Positions 1-13,370 of a stretch of 64,000 bases of DNA are shown piece after piece. The stretch spans positions 748,676 to 812,675 of the forward strand of contig RDEW01000002.1 in the NCBI GenBank assembly GCA_011109175.1, in the 5' to 3' direction. The position numbers and the translations under genes are program-made. The stretch is from Dicyema japonicum. Taxonomy: Eukaryota; Animalia; Dicyemida. The notes under the pieces were generated by a model that worked only from the letters and a program-made list of their open reading frames with translations, made no database searches and was not told the origin of the DNA. How positions within the stretch are numbered: the first letter of the stretch is position 1; each line of letters starts with the position of its first letter.

Positions 1-3000
1 CGAATCTGCTAATGAGATTTTCCGAATCCTGAATGGAATTTTTTGCATAATTAGATCTCCAATTTTTGCATATGGAACAACTTTGCAAAAAATACAATAT
101 TTCCCACGTTTCGGGACGACCACGAGCTCATGGATAGTGAGTGACAGATCGAAAGGTTTTTTTTGGTTTAATGTCAATAGATTTAATTATCAATAAAAAT
201 TGGATCTCATCGATGATTGCATAGAAAGGAAATTTTGGATGCTATATCAATTTGATAAAAGACATGTTCGCGATTATAACTATGCTATCCAAATACAACA
301 AAACAAAGACCACTTGAAATTTTTTTAATGTGCATCTTTCAAAAAAGTATCAAAAAGGAGATTAGAAGCGCTAGCCGAAAAGCATCATTGCCTCGAAAAA
401 AATTAGAGGGACAAGAAAAACTAATAACTGCCCTGGAAAATATTGTCAAATCAGGCGTAAAATGAAAAACCTTAGAAGATGGAAATACGACGAAATTGAA
501 ATAGTGATGAAATTTTACTACGCCACGACGGGGATACAAACTTAGATAACAAAAAATACCTCTTATACGACAAAATTTCATCAAAAATATAAAGTAACGA
601 ATACCGAAGAGAAGTTATCACAATTATAGATGATGAAGATAAAGAAATTAACACCATACATATATAGGCCGGGTCAAAAAGTTATGATAATTTTTAATTT
701 TTTGATTTGTGTTTTTTGAAAAAAATGTATCAAGCATACCTCATCATATATCTATTTTAAGTAAGCCAGTCAACTACTAAAATTTCTAATAAGAAAAATA
801 CTAAATGGTAAATTAATTTATAAAGGAAAGGGAGTTAGCACGGAAACGGCGATCCCGAGCCTATGCATAAGCCGGATACTAAATTAAAAATTTTTAAATA
901 ACATTTTTTAATAAATTTTAATGCTTAAAATTATTTGGTCAACTATTTTTCGTAAATTTTTAAATAAAATGAAAAAAACGCTACATTCAATCAAAGATTT
1001 TTATGGGATGTTAGTTTGCAGGAAATCACGATTTCCAAAATAATAAAAAAATTAATAATTTCAGATATTTAATGAAGAAATAAGTTCAGAAAGTAATTTT
1101 TATTAAGAATTATTAATATTTTTAAAACATCGCAGCTCTGGACTGTGACAATAGTGATGTACGTACAATAATAATCTACGTGCCATTCTCATTTATTACA
1201 TGGTATGAATCTACGTATAAACCAAGAATTAGATTGTTAAATATTGTACCTATCATTGTTAAAACCGAACCCGTCTTAATTCGTTTAAGGAAATTGAATT
1301 TTCTCCAGGATGTGATTATAACTATTATCCTTATTGGTATGGAAAGTGACGCTAATGTTCGGGAAACACTATAATTTATGTAGAAGGGGATGCTGCTTTG
1401 AAAAAATATTATTTCAATAATTTAGAACAAATTGCTAACGAATTTGAGTCTAATGGAAATTTAGTTTGTAATGTAAACATTTCGTCAACAATAAAATCAC
1501 GTGAAGTAATACTAAACTATGCCAAATATAATTGATCTTCTTCAAAAGTCGTAATTGTGCGAATACTCAATTAATCACGCATATATGTAAAAAATTTTAT
1601 TAATATTAAAAGTCCAATAAATGGAATCTTTTCGTTTTATTTTAAAAATTTCCATTTTTTATAGAATTTTTACATTTATTTATAAGAAACCCTGTAATAA
1701 ATAGAGTAGAATTGCGTAATTTATATCTGTTTTGTGAAATAAATGATACTAGCAGATTGATAGAATTTTAACTGTAATTTGATAAAATCCTTGATTTTTA
1801 GAAAATGCAAAAGAAAAATCACATAATTTGAACAAAGAAATTTGTGTATGATTAATCTGACTATGGCATAAATTCTTCGATGAATGTTAAATTCAGTTTT
1901 TAATAAATTCATGACTTTAGTTTGTTTATTGATGTTTTTAGTTGAATATGTTGTAAAACAGGTCAGCAATAATGCTTAATATAGTTTTTAATAAATCCAT
2001 AACTTTTAGTTTGTTTATTGTTGTTTTCAAATAAATATGTTGTAGAACTCAAAGTTAACTAATGTTTTTTATGGATCTCTGAATTGAACAGTAGTATAAT
2101 GTTACTTTGATTAAGTATCGGTAAAGCAGTCTACGTCTCTCTTATATAGTTTACTCATTATATAATAATCTATTATGTAATAATTATTAACAGATATGCC
2201 TTATGTTATGTCACATCTAAATTAATGGTGATCATATAATGGAAATTGGATTATTAACCTCAGTTTAGCAAACTTCTAGGAAACTCGCGACAGTCAAATA
2301 AACGGGCCACTAAGACAGAACGCTCAGAGATAAACCACTTTTAAGTTGAGCCCAAAACGGAAATAAAAATAAGAATGGTATTTAATTTTTTAAAAATTTT
2401 AAATTAGAAGATTAATAAAATTAAACATATTCTGACAAATATATGTGGAAATTCTAAAAATGCTACAATTTGCTAATAATGATGCAATTTTATTATATAA
2501 TTTTTCATAATTTTGACGAAAACATTGTTTAATTAATCTTATAACTATTTTTGGGAGACTTAGCTTTTATTTTAAAACTCTTACCCATAAAGTTGAATTT
2601 GACCTACTTTACTTGCCATAATTTAGGGATGTCATATTTGTTACTATTAACCTTTTTTGGAATATTTTCCGATTTCCCAGTACGATCCTTGACGTGCGTT
2701 TCCCCATAATACTTAACTGCAGACTTAAAAAGAAGTTAACAACATTATTGATCTTGACCCTCCTCCTAAGGTTAATTAGCAAGTTATATCATTCTCAAAA
2801 TAAAAGTGTATGACCTGTCTTACTGGAGGGTTAATAGAGGAAACAAAAGGGTTAAAAATCAGCTAAGAAATTGGTCAAACTTTCAAAAACGAGCCTTAAA
2901 ATTTTGTTTACTTTCTGCAATCCAGATCCCTGAGTTTCGAATAGACATAAACATTGATTATTTCGGAAAAGAAACAATTGAAAATTCGGTATTCAATACT

Positions 3001-5997
3001 GACCGATAGCCAAATTTTGGACACCTAGGGTGCTATAAGCTAGCAAGAAGGAGCACATTCTCTGACAACATGGTCATACCCCTCATCCCTTAGAATCACA
3101 GCAGGAGGAAGAAAACCTCCTCTGGTCCTGTCCTGGAGAAATCCCTAACTGAGTCCTACTCAACTAGGAGTTAGAATTCCTCATATGTTAGGGAGTAATT
3201 TACTCAAGTAAAAAATTCGTTAACAGTCCGCCTGACACTATGAATCCTATAATAGTGAAACTCGCATCACAATTCTCTATTTTCTTATTCCGATAAGCTG
3301 ATAAGATTACTTTATGTTTGTTTAACAAATGACAGTCTTTTCTACGCTCCTCGATCGCCAACTAACAATAATTTCATAAAGTCTTCCACAGTTTCAATTA
3401 TTCAGCACATCTGGAAGAGTAAATCTCGGTCTTCCACGAACACATACATGTAAAGAAATCTGCCTACATTTATACAAAGCAAATCCATCGTATCTCTCTT
3501 AGTTCCCGAAAGTTTGAAATGATTTCACTTTCGTACCAAGACTTCTGAGAAAGTTCTTCGTGAAGGGACACTATTCCAACCCTTTCCATGGTGTTTTCAA
3601 ATGTATATCTCTAAGAGTTGAGTAAAATCTCCGACGATAAACAAACGCGTGAAGTACACAGAGAAAAAAATCAAGGAGCAAAATTTTGGCCGCAGATCAG
3701 AGAGGATGAAATTTGCATCTCTCCAGCCTAGACTGTTGTACTGAAAATTGAAAACATTCTCGTAAAGACTTTAGTGTTGAATCGTTGTGCTTAAAATATC
3801 CCTATGACTAAAAGCTGGCAAAAATCTCAGAACGAAGAGTAACTTTGGGTTAAAAAGATAATTTCTCAGCAAAAAAATTACACCCATGAATCGAGGATCG
3901 TCAGCCTATCTGATAGAACAAAGAGAGAACGTCTGCTTGTGCTAACCAATTCTATCCTCCAATATAGTTATTACAGGATTGTGACTCAGGTTGTCATCTT
4001 ATAATTTTCATTACACGTCCTACCATCGCGGAGATCATTTCATTCTTAGGCTGAAAATTTCATAATAGTATTCTTCACTAATGAATTTGGTCAGGAAAAG
4101 GCAGGAAAATCTTTTCAACAACTGAGTCGTGCCAGAAGTTTTTTTTGACTCACGGATAGGATCCATTTTCCGGATTCGAACCCACGACTGTCAGATCAGA
4201 TGTCACAAGACTTTATGTTCATCCAAGAAGGTCTAAGACGATCCGAGGACATCGTCAATGAGACGGGTGAAGCTGAAAGTGGCCTGTCTTTCTGATACTA
4301 GCAGATTGTTCACTTCCGCGAAATCCTAATCCAATTTAGGGGATTTTCGCATAAAACAAGAGTTGTTGGAAAATCCAAAATTGAAATTTCATTAGCATCA
4401 GGTTTGGACAATCGCACACAGCTCAGATAAAAAATAAGAAGTAATGACACGGACTCCGTACGGAGATTGATAGGTAGAGGGTAACTCGTTGATTGGTTTG
4501 TTCGGTTTACAAATCGGTGTAATGCATGATTTTTACCATAATTAGGGGATTCGTGTTAAATGATATGTTGAATATGAGAGCTATTATTACAGGAACAGAG
4601 CTAGATGCAAAAGGCTGACTGAGAGGATAGTCAAGTATAGGCACGAGCGAACCCCTAGGCATTTTACGTGCATATGGCAACGCGGAAGTGCTATTAACTA
4701 ACTAACGATTATTACAGGGTTATTTGTCAATATAAAAAATGTATTAATTAATATAAAAAAATTATAAAAATACAAAATTCTTATGTTATTTGTAGAGTCT
4801 GGTGCAAAATTCTCGTTTTAGCATCAAATTTTTTTCTGTTGCTATGACTCTCGATTTTTTCTTTAATCTCTTTCTCCTATACCCACCTTTTTTAATTTAT
4901 TAAAAATGGAACCTTGGGTCAGAGTAATATTTTTTAAAGACAATCGATTATTCTTTTTGCATTAATGAACTTTTCCTGAAATCAGTTCTATTGTGGTGAC
5001 GGAGTCTGGCGCATTGAGGTTGTTTGTCTGATTTCATGCCAGGTAAATCTAGTCATATGATTCTTCGGTTTAATCCTCTTTGGATTAAACTGGTAGTAAT
5101 CTTTGTCGGATATTGGGGATAATAAAGAATGAGGACTTTGGATAAGTTCCCCCAACATTTCACACCTTTGATGTAGTGGAATGTTGTGGACGAAAGCCAT
5201 GTCGATTTTGATAAATTGATAAATGTGGTTAAGCATGAGTTTTTCCCAAAATTTTGGGAATAACACAAAGTAATAGGCGAGAAAGATCCTGCATCATGTG
5301 GATCTTTTTTAGGTTTCAGAATAGGACTGAGTCTTCTTGCTGATGACTTGTTAATATTTTAATCATATCACACTTCCATTATAGTTACTTCAAGTTTTTT
5401 GGTTTTGCGGGAATTTGTTCGAATGTTGTGATTTCTGTCATTGAGGATAACTAATTGTTCTTGTTGAGAGAGGACCTGAAACCCCCTCTCATTACTTTTT
5501 TGGCGGATTAACCAAAGAAGATCTTTTGCATTTAGTTCTCCGCAGATTATCACATTTTCAATCTTTTACAATTCAGTTAGTTTTGGAGAGTAATGTTTTA
5601 TACTGGGACTTGGTGGCGCCATGTAAATATTTACAAATGTATACCTTGTGTGGTTTTTTTTCACCAAGACGGAAGTAAGTTCGATGTGATCGTCATCTTT
5701 AAACAGAGCTTGTGTCTGAACGGAAGTATCGGAGAATGGAATAGAGCATAGTGTAAGCACTGTTAGTTAAGTCCTCAAACGAATGCCGTTGCGGATAACT
5801 GTGAGAAAACCCCCACCAAGTTTGCCAATTCTGTCACGGCCAATTACTGTGAATCCCGGAAATACTGGTGTCGAATTCTTTGGAGAAAGTTTAGACTCTT
5901 GAATTAACAACAAATCGATGTGATTTTCTTTCACAAATGTCCGAAGTTCAAGTATCTTGTTCTTGAATCCATTTATGTTAAGTTGGATTATTCTGGC

Positions 5998-6024
5998 TGG
6001 TCCAGGGTTTGCCACAACGTCTCC
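5998..6024 (-). other. 2A-like (StopGo) motif GDVVANPGP at the N-terminus of the APE domain; E>V relative to consensus D(V/I)ExNPGP
   Basis: Translation LRRCGDVVANPGP-ARIIQLNING. The GTG codon is one base from GAG. 2A motifs directly before APE domains are known in L1Tc/ingi and metazoan APE-type LINEs. Confidence 0.6.
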
Positions 6025-6025
6025 G

Positions 6026-6121
6026 CAGCGGCGCAGGCCTTCCTTATTGGTCCACCCGTGAAAATAAGGGAAAGGTGGTTCTTTTTTTCCAAGTGCCACC
6101 ACGTCGTCGCCGAGCCACATG
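6026..6121 (-). ncRNA. Degenerate Pr77-like (HDV-like ribozyme) 5' signature of the Ingi-like element
   Basis: The minus strand reads TGGCTCGGC..ACGTGGTGGCA..GGAAGGCCTGCGCCGCTG. This resembles blocks of the L1Tc 77-nt signature as recalled (TGGCTCAGC..ACGTGGTGCCA..GGAAGCTAAGCGCCTGCTG). The P3/L3 part appears deleted. Confidence 0.4.
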
Positions 6122-6254
6122 ACATTCGTGTAGTAATGAGAAGATCATATTGTGACCAAATGAGCATTCTGATTGAGGTTTTCGAGATCATTAATTAATT
6201 TAGTATTTAAATTAACTATTTGTGTTCGTGGGTTAATAATAATAATATCGCATT

Positions 6255-6369
6255 GTGCCATGTGGTGCTACGTAGATAGTTTGTCAAAATTATTTTCCTT
6301 CCGATGGCGTCATTGGATCCACAGTACTGAGGAGGCGCCCAATGCCTGGCCGGCATCAAGAGGATCCAA
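6255..6369 (+). repeat. Family-1 structured short element, copy A (core 6306-6369)
   Basis: Head GCCATGTGG and pyrimidine tract, then GGCGTC/GGCGCC, TTGGATCC/GGATCCAA and hairpin ATGCC-TGGCC-GGCAT. Confidence 0.7.
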
Positions 6370-8339
6370 CAACTCCGTTTGGTGTGACGAGGAATTCTCC
6401 CATGTTCCGTCTGCATGACAGCGGGTTTAGTCTTTTCCTGTCAACCATTTTACCTCATCGTCATTGGTGTTCCAAGCAGAAGTCAAGGCTAGGCCAAAGA
6501 GCAACTCCAATCCGGATTTTATTCCCATAAAGCAGAATACCAACTGCCCGTACCGAGAAGGCTTGTGACATGACCTCAAATTTTTATCGGACGTGCATTC
6601 AGAAATGTTCGACAATCGTTGTCTGCCGACCTCCCAAGTTTACTAAGCTTTTTTCACAAAATATTTCATCCCATTACTTTTGAAAGGTAAAGTTTTTTGA
6701 AACACCAAACCTGTTGGTTGTCCACTGTTGCACAACCGCGTCAAGCACAGGATCCAGACTCAATCCGTGGCAGGAGCATAAAATTGAGTTGCCCAATGCG
6801 CGGCAGCTTGCGGGGACGAAGGTATCATAGAATAGCTAAATCAGTAGGAGACCTAAAAACTTATCTTGAGCTTTCTTTGGGGCTAGCCAAGGCTGTCAAA
6901 ACTGATATTGAGGATTTCTTCAGTCATCTTTCATATAAGATCCATCAGAGATTTGAGAGAATCAGACTCATGGAAACAAGGGGAACTCAGTAATGAGAAA
7001 ATCATATTGTGACCAAAAATGTTATTTTTCAGTTAAAAAATAATTTGTGCTTCAAGAGTTTTAATCCTTTCCGTCATGAACTTTTCTCTTTACAATTTTT
7101 TTGCATCCCGGAGAAGAATAGAGGGCTTCCAAAGAGAACCGTACCAGAAAACTCAACTATCCTCGCATCAGAGAACAATGTCACAAGGCGGGTTTGGATG
7201 ATTCTGCGGAAATCTAACATTTATGATATCTGTCCTCTGCATTTATTAGGTAACAAGACAATCAAAGAAATCCATTGGAATATCCATTTGGTTTCCGGAT
7301 GCTAATTACTGCGTGATTTTTATTTTGACTTTATAAATTCGATATTTTGACCTAAAATTGACTTTATTGACTTTAAATTTTCAAAATTAAGACGTTTATG
7401 ACAAATTTATCTGGAAAAATTTTTTTAATATGAAAAAAACTAATTAAAAAATTTATTAAAATATAGAATAAAACGTTGTCAGGTTAAGAATCTCGGTCTT
7501 TAGATAAAATTTTTTACAATAATAAAAATTCTTACGAAGTAGATAATGACGTGGCAGGAAATTTATTCAAATAGTCGTATGTGCATGGATAAGTATTTTG
7601 TTTTTCAATTTTTGTAATATAAAAATAACTTTAGCTAATTAATTAAAAAATCTTTAATAGAAAAATCAAGATTACAGATACTTTTTAATTCCTAATAAAT
7701 TTTTACTGAAGTACAATTTTGAATCTGTTAAAAATTTTTAAATATAAAATAATACTGTACTTTACAAAGACACACACTCGACAATAAATGCGTGTAAAAA
7801 CTCAAAAATAACTTGTGTCAAGATTATTTTTTAATCAATTTTTATTAATAAACAATTAATTCTAAGAAATTAAAAGTTAGGGAGCTTGAATGGGGATACT
7901 GTTGACGATAGCTATCGATATACGTTCTAGAAGCAGTTCATTTTCATGTGGATCCTTTGTGACCATTTGGATTATTGAACCGATTCGAGTTTTTTTTCAT
8001 AAATTTTCTACACTTTTGGGTATTGTAGGAAGAAGTAAAATAATATGCAATTCCCTCAAACAAGTTTTGTAAACTTTATGTTCAACTTATGCAAGGAACG
8101 TCATATTCGACTGAGCACTAGTGACCTTTTTGATCCTAAAGTCGGTAGATGAATTTTTTCATTCAAGACAGTTATTTAACAAAGAAACAAATGTTATTTG
8201 AGACAGCCTACTGCGTGGATCGCGAGTGAGTTGTAATTTTTCTGATTAAAAATCACATTTTTATAAGTTTTAAACAATTTTAATGAACATGAATTTTTGA
8301 TTTTATTGATAATCTCTCAACTCATTCTCATCTTCGATA

Positions 8340-8610
8340 TCATCGAGCAAAGTGATCTTAGTAAAAAGACATTCTTGGGCCCGGAGACTCCGCTCGTCTC
8401 AACGATAACGGGCTGCAAATGGAATCTGGTGGAGTGGCTGTCGTATATTCTTATTTTGATATTTTCGAAAGTCCGATCAGTTTCTCCAGCTTTCAACGAG
8501 AAACCAGGAAGTCTCGACTGAGAAAAGGTGTCGATGCAGTCCCCATCCTAAATCAAGCATTTCCCCGAGAGAAGTGGAAGACAGTTACCCCGTCAAATAT
8601 TATATTTTTG
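8340..8610 (-). mobile_element. CRE-clade LINE fragment (RLE endonuclease region)
   Basis: Minus-strand frames give FSRGKCLI.DCIDTFSQS and QPVIVETSGVSGP. Homologous to 25560-25760. Confidence 0.5.
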
Positions 8611-8618
8611 ATTAAATA

Positions 8619-8676
8619 TATCCCGGCCAGGAATTCGGGTCTCCTCAGTAAGGTGGATCCAATGACGCCATCGGAG
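8619..8676 (-). repeat. Family-1 element, copy H (partial core)
   Basis: Reverse complement CCGATGGCGTCATTGGATCCACCTTACTGAGGAGACCCGAATTCCTGGCCGGGAT; the distal stem is lost. Confidence 0.65.
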
Positions 8677-9109
8677 GCAATCTGAGCAATATTCTAGTTA
8701 TTATCTGTTTTTAATGGTAGATTTATAGAATGGCATACTATAATTTAGTGACTTCATTTAATGGAGTGCATTCTCGTAATTTCATGTTCTTATGTCTCCG
8801 TCTCCACATGAACTTGGCGAAATAGATATTTAGATGGTTTCCTGCGGTTTCTATTTCCATTTTGTTCTGCCATTTAGCACTACCCTACATTCTGGAACGA
8901 TTTTAATGAGATTAAAAGCTTTTACAATTGTCTCAGAACTCCAGCCAAAATTGTTTTTGACGATTATCTGCGTCGCAAATTTAGAACTCCAGAAAAATAA
9001 TACGAATAATATCTTCAAAACTTACATTAAAGTTCTCTAACCATGTACCAAAGATATGTAACCACAAAATGCCAGAACGTATCCTAATATTGGTCCTGCA
9101 TTTTTAAGG

Positions 9110-9210
9110 CAAATTAATAATAAAGCCTTTTCACAATATTATAGATATTTATAGCTCCGCATAGGCATGACACAAACTTTATTCAAGTAAAGAACAGTTA
9201 ATTTTAATAT
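9110..9210 (-). repeat. 3' tail fragment of family-2 SINE
   Basis: Near-identical to 29245-29320 (ATAGCTCCGCATAGGCA..TTTATT.AAGTAAAGAACAGTTAATTTTAA). Confidence 0.6.
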
Positions 9211-10904
9211 GAAGCATTATTACTAGCAACATATGTTGGTTTCCAATGTCTCCCGAGTTTGTCAGCTCGTCTATGCTCAAAAGTATAAGATAGACAGGGC
9301 ATTAATCTATCACAAAAACTAACGTAGACATTTCTTATAATAGAGTAGCCACACTTCAACCTTCTTACCAATTAGATGTTTGTTAACTTTAAACATTTAA
9401 GCTAATTTTTTAGAATTCGTCGTTTCTTCGATAAAATTGAAATATTAAAGTCAAATTTGATTATGTCACGGTCCGTTGATGTACCGTTTGTTCAGAATGC
9501 AACCAAATCTACTAAAAATTGGTACACAAGTTTAATTAATATCTAGAATACGAATATTTTTTTTTCAAAAATACATTGCATTTTGAGAAATCACATTATT
9601 ACACCTTAAAACATATCGTTATACAATTTTTCCTAGAACCCATTAAATAAAATCAATAAATTATGAGCCAAAAACTACAGAAATATATTTTATTAAAAAA
9701 TCCCTTCAATTAACAAATAATTTTGAATTTAAAGATACTAGTACTTTAATAGTATTTTTATTTATTTGAAAACATGATTAAAACCAAAAAATTATTATTT
9801 ATACTATTTTAATTATCGTCTATATTTTCTGTGAATGGAATAAATAATCAGCATCAAAAAGAGAGATTTCCGCGAGCGCCGCTAGCTGTTTGAGCGAATG
9901 TTGATCGCTATCTTTAGAGGGAATAGCCACGCAGTCAGGCTGCTTCGTATAAACTTTGGATTATCAACTGTATTGCCACTGAGACTCGCGTGCATCGTGT
10001 AATAGAAGTCTCAGCTTCTTGGGGAAACGAAGCGATTTCCTGCTTATCCTTCATTTGTCATAACTCACATTTTCCCATATTCCTTAAGTTTTCATATATT
10101 TGCTAAAATAATAATAAATTTTAGTTTCAACTGAAATTCCTCACCAACATGTTGATTTGCAAAATAACAGTTTTATAAAATATAAGTTCTCATCAATTGA
10201 CATGATCTCAAAAATGTAAAAATTACAAAAATACTAATTATTTATTTTTAACATGTTTTTCTGGAAATCAGTTGACATTGCCGCGAACGATAACAATTCC
10301 ACCCCGAGACCCCCATCAGCCTGGACGAGATTGCGCTTCCAATCCAAGACCCCTCAAAGATGGGACAATCCACTTTTTTATAGACAGAATTCAGCTTCTC
10401 GATTCTTGAAGCCAATAATAGACAACATGACGATTTGAACATCAGAAATATTAAATATCATAACTTTATTTTATTAAAAATTAAATATATTTTTCTTAAT
10501 TGAATTTAAATCAACAAAAAAAGTTAGTTGTTATGGTTAGGTTTTATTATGAACATCCGTCTTCTACAGCGACGATTTACATTTACGTAACCCCTGTGGA
10601 TCTTGGATTGGTGTCGGGGGTACATTCGAGGGACATAAGCAATTTTTCACTGAGATTGCTGAGTTTTTCGAGAGGAGGTCGATTATGGTGGGAGATCTTA
10701 ACTCGTAGAATATAAGCTACGGATTTTATAAAACAAACCGGATGAACGACGGATAGATATGACCAGCACAAAGTATCTAGCTAACGTATTTACACTGTTG
10801 GAAGGAGTATATTTTTCAGAGGAACTTTTAAAAAGAAGAGCCAAGAATTAGTAGAGCAAGTTGTTACTAGCACTTAAAAATTTTATTGCTACTAAAAATT
10901 AAAT

Positions 10905-11150
10905 AGCTATCACCTATAAGAAAAAATAGCACTTAAAACGATCAAACTAGCATTTAAAAATATAAAAATAAAAGATTGAAAAAACAAGATGGAATAACCA
11001 TCTTCCCTATTGAAGCCGGAAAACCTCGTGTCTTTAACGTCACCTGCACCGACACGTTTTCCACTTGCAATAAAATACAGAGTGCCTCTGCAGCTTGTTT
11101 TTGCCGCTGAGAAGTCCGAGACGTAGAAACGGGCAAAGTACGCTGTCACA
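10905..11150 (-). mobile_element. CRE-clade LINE 3' fragment
   Basis: KQAAEAL, VSVQVTLKTRGFPASIG and RLSLIVLSAIFSYR-like text match the C-termini of the other CRE copies. Confidence 0.55.
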
Positions 11151-11459
11151 CCAAATGATTTTTTTGTTTTTCCACTCGCCGTTCAAACGTCTGTCTCCCT
11201 TGCGCTACACGATCAAAAGACCCCTGTACGCTGCTGGTTATTTGAGCGATTCTCGCTCGCAATCCTGAAAGGGAGTAGCTACTCAGTCAGGGCAGTCGCT
11301 ATGTGACCATTTGCTCACTTTTTTCTGTAATAAATTCTAGTTCAAAATAAAAAAAGTCGATTATTATTTATGGTTAAAAATCAGTTACTTTTAGCAGTTG
11401 AAAAAGCATTTTTTTTTTATAGCACAGAAAATAAAAAAAGCGAAGTTGAGACTCTGTAT

Positions 11460-11680
11460 TGATGGGATCGAAAAAATGGCTCTTTAAAATTAAATTGATT
11501 AAAATAACTAATAAAAAGATATGGAAGATGGTATTGGCGCAGAGATGGAGAGACGATACCTCAAAGTGGATGACTAATACTATTACACCCAAAAATACTC
11601 CACTTAATACTTTATTTAAAACATTAAATTTGGTTTGTTTGAATGGGGGTAATATAAATATCCTATCTTATTGATGATTC
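11460..11680 (+). mobile_element. R4-like RT fragment
   Basis: SKWMTNTITPK..LVCLN resembles the R4-clade PxWxTxGITYLIPK..RPITCL segment. Confidence 0.35.
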
Positions 11681-12321
11681 AATGTGAGTAGATTTTATAC
11701 CCATCAAGCTCACCCAAAACTTCAGCCTCGAACGCATACTATAATCAAAATAATAGACAACCTTCTGTTGTTTCCTCTCCCAAATCATTCACTTCTTTTG
11801 GACCCTTTTTATTTGTTGGAATTCTATGATTAACACATATAATAATAAGTGGATAAACTCGAAAATGGGAGATGTGATATTCCCACAATCTCAATCCACC
11901 AATATATTAATTGATAACAAACTTCCTCTATTCTCATGCTCTATTTTTCTCCATTAACCCTATCTAATCCTACTACCCTCACTCTTGCAGATCTTCTACA
12001 TCCAGAGGGTACTCATCCTTCGAATTCACCGATAAGACAATACATAATGTATATAACAAAGACAACCTCATTTATTCCATTAAGGTCAGTTAATTTAATA
12101 CATTTTCTTATATTGGAAATATATTGAACTGTTGACTCTTCATTAACATCTGAGTGAATTGACTCACCATTGCTATCAATCACTGCCTTCTCTTTGGCAT
12201 AATTATCCTATCATTTTGACTATCCGGAGTTCCAACTTTCTTATAGGATCCACTAATACAAATCACTATGAATGGAACCCCCAGAGACAATAGTCATCCT
12301 CAATATTTTACTCTATAGCCT

Positions 12322-12465
12322 CTCTTCAATATAATCTTCTATAGTCTCTCCCCAGTATTATCTTTTATAGTGTTCTTCAATATAGACTCTCTACCAGTAT
12401 TATCATTTATAGATTCATCCAATACAGAATCCCTCCTAATGATATCTTCTATAGTCCTCTTCAAT
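12322..12465. repeat. Degenerate 42-nt tandem repeat (~3.5 units) within a probable retroelement ORF remnant (12000-12780, -)
   Basis: CCAGTATTATC recurs 42 nt apart. The minus strand translates to repeated I(E/N/K)D(I/N)..R.S.L units. Confidence 0.55.
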
Positions 12466-13129
12466 TGGGATCTTCTACAAAAATTACTGATTATCGACCT
12501 CTCAGATGTAGATCCTCCACCAACATTACACTCCTCTCTAGCAGATTCCTTCGCAGATATTGTGTTCAATATCAGGTTTTAAGATAAATCTTAAGTAGAG
12601 TAACAGAACGATTGTACATAAGAGATGTGTGATGAGACGACACAACTGGGAATGTGACGCATCTCTTTGTTCATTATATGCAGATTTTATAGAAATTATA
12701 ACCTCTCGTGGATTTAACATAACACGTGATGGTCTCCTAATTTCGCCACGATTTTTGTTTTTGTTAGAAAAAATACTCACATATTGATTCTAAATATTAT
12801 AAATGAGAATACGATAAAATGACCGTTATCTCGGGATCTATTATTTGAATGGAAGTTTCGTGACCGTCGACAAATGTACTTTCCAAATTAGCGGAATGCT
12901 CATTAACAAGTACTGTTCATAATCGGTGACCTATAAATGTAAATAATATTAGTTACTGTCAGGACGTATCAGTTTGTGTGTCCCTACTGACTTTCCTTTT
13001 GAGGCCTTTTTTGTACTCATCACAACAGAAAAATAATGACCGCCATTTATTAATTATTTATTATTTATTTGATATTAATTAGTGAAAATGTTTGACTATA
13101 ATTTATTTTCGACATCTTTGACTTATCCG

Positions 13130-13370
13130 TTTAACTACGAAGCGATGGACTCGTGAAGAAACATGGATCCGGACAGACTCTGGAAGTCCCCATGCGGCTA
13201 GATTCCGTGATGATTTGAAGCACCTCGGCAAACAGTCGCCCGATACGTACATGTGTGAAATCGAGAGAGGAACATCGGGCAAATATGAGGACTTTATTCG
13301 AACATATCGGGATCACGTGATAGTTAGTTTCGACTTTTGACCGGGTCTTGTGGTGTTTAAATAAATAAAA
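13130..13370 (+). mobile_element. 5'-truncated RTE-like LINE 3' end
   Basis: Ends GGGATCACGTGATAGTTAGTTT..TAAATAAATAAAA. Homologous to 33890-34380 and 57640-57900. Confidence 0.55.

Larger units (their letters stand above)
4985..6122 (-). mobile_element. Ingi/Vingi-like (I-group) non-LTR retrotransposon, 5' part with APE endonuclease, frameshifted, RT absent
   Basis: Minus-strand ORFs 5767-6120, 5566-5760, 5368-5553 and 4988-5266 give APE motifs in order: IIQLNING, LLLIQESKL, DR..KLGGGFLTVIRNG, FVNIYMAP, IICGELNAK..W and LVILND. Confidence 0.75.

Noticed and set aside
1-1570. Hydrophobic GPCR-like minus-strand ORFs and other coding-like text
   Set aside because: AT-rich bias alone yields such peptides, and no consistent motifs or exon chain could be built.
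4171-4190. tRNA gene (B-box GGGTTCGAATCC on -)
   Set aside because: The T-stem and acceptor stem do not pair and there is no A-box; at most this is a SINE relic.
3000-4400. Possible gypsy pol remnant
   Set aside because: The motifs are too degraded to assign.
6304-6330. Micro-ORF MASLDP(P/Q)Y* in family-1 copies A, B, C and H
   Set aside because: It is absent from copies D, E, F, G and I; its conservation is explained by the stems.
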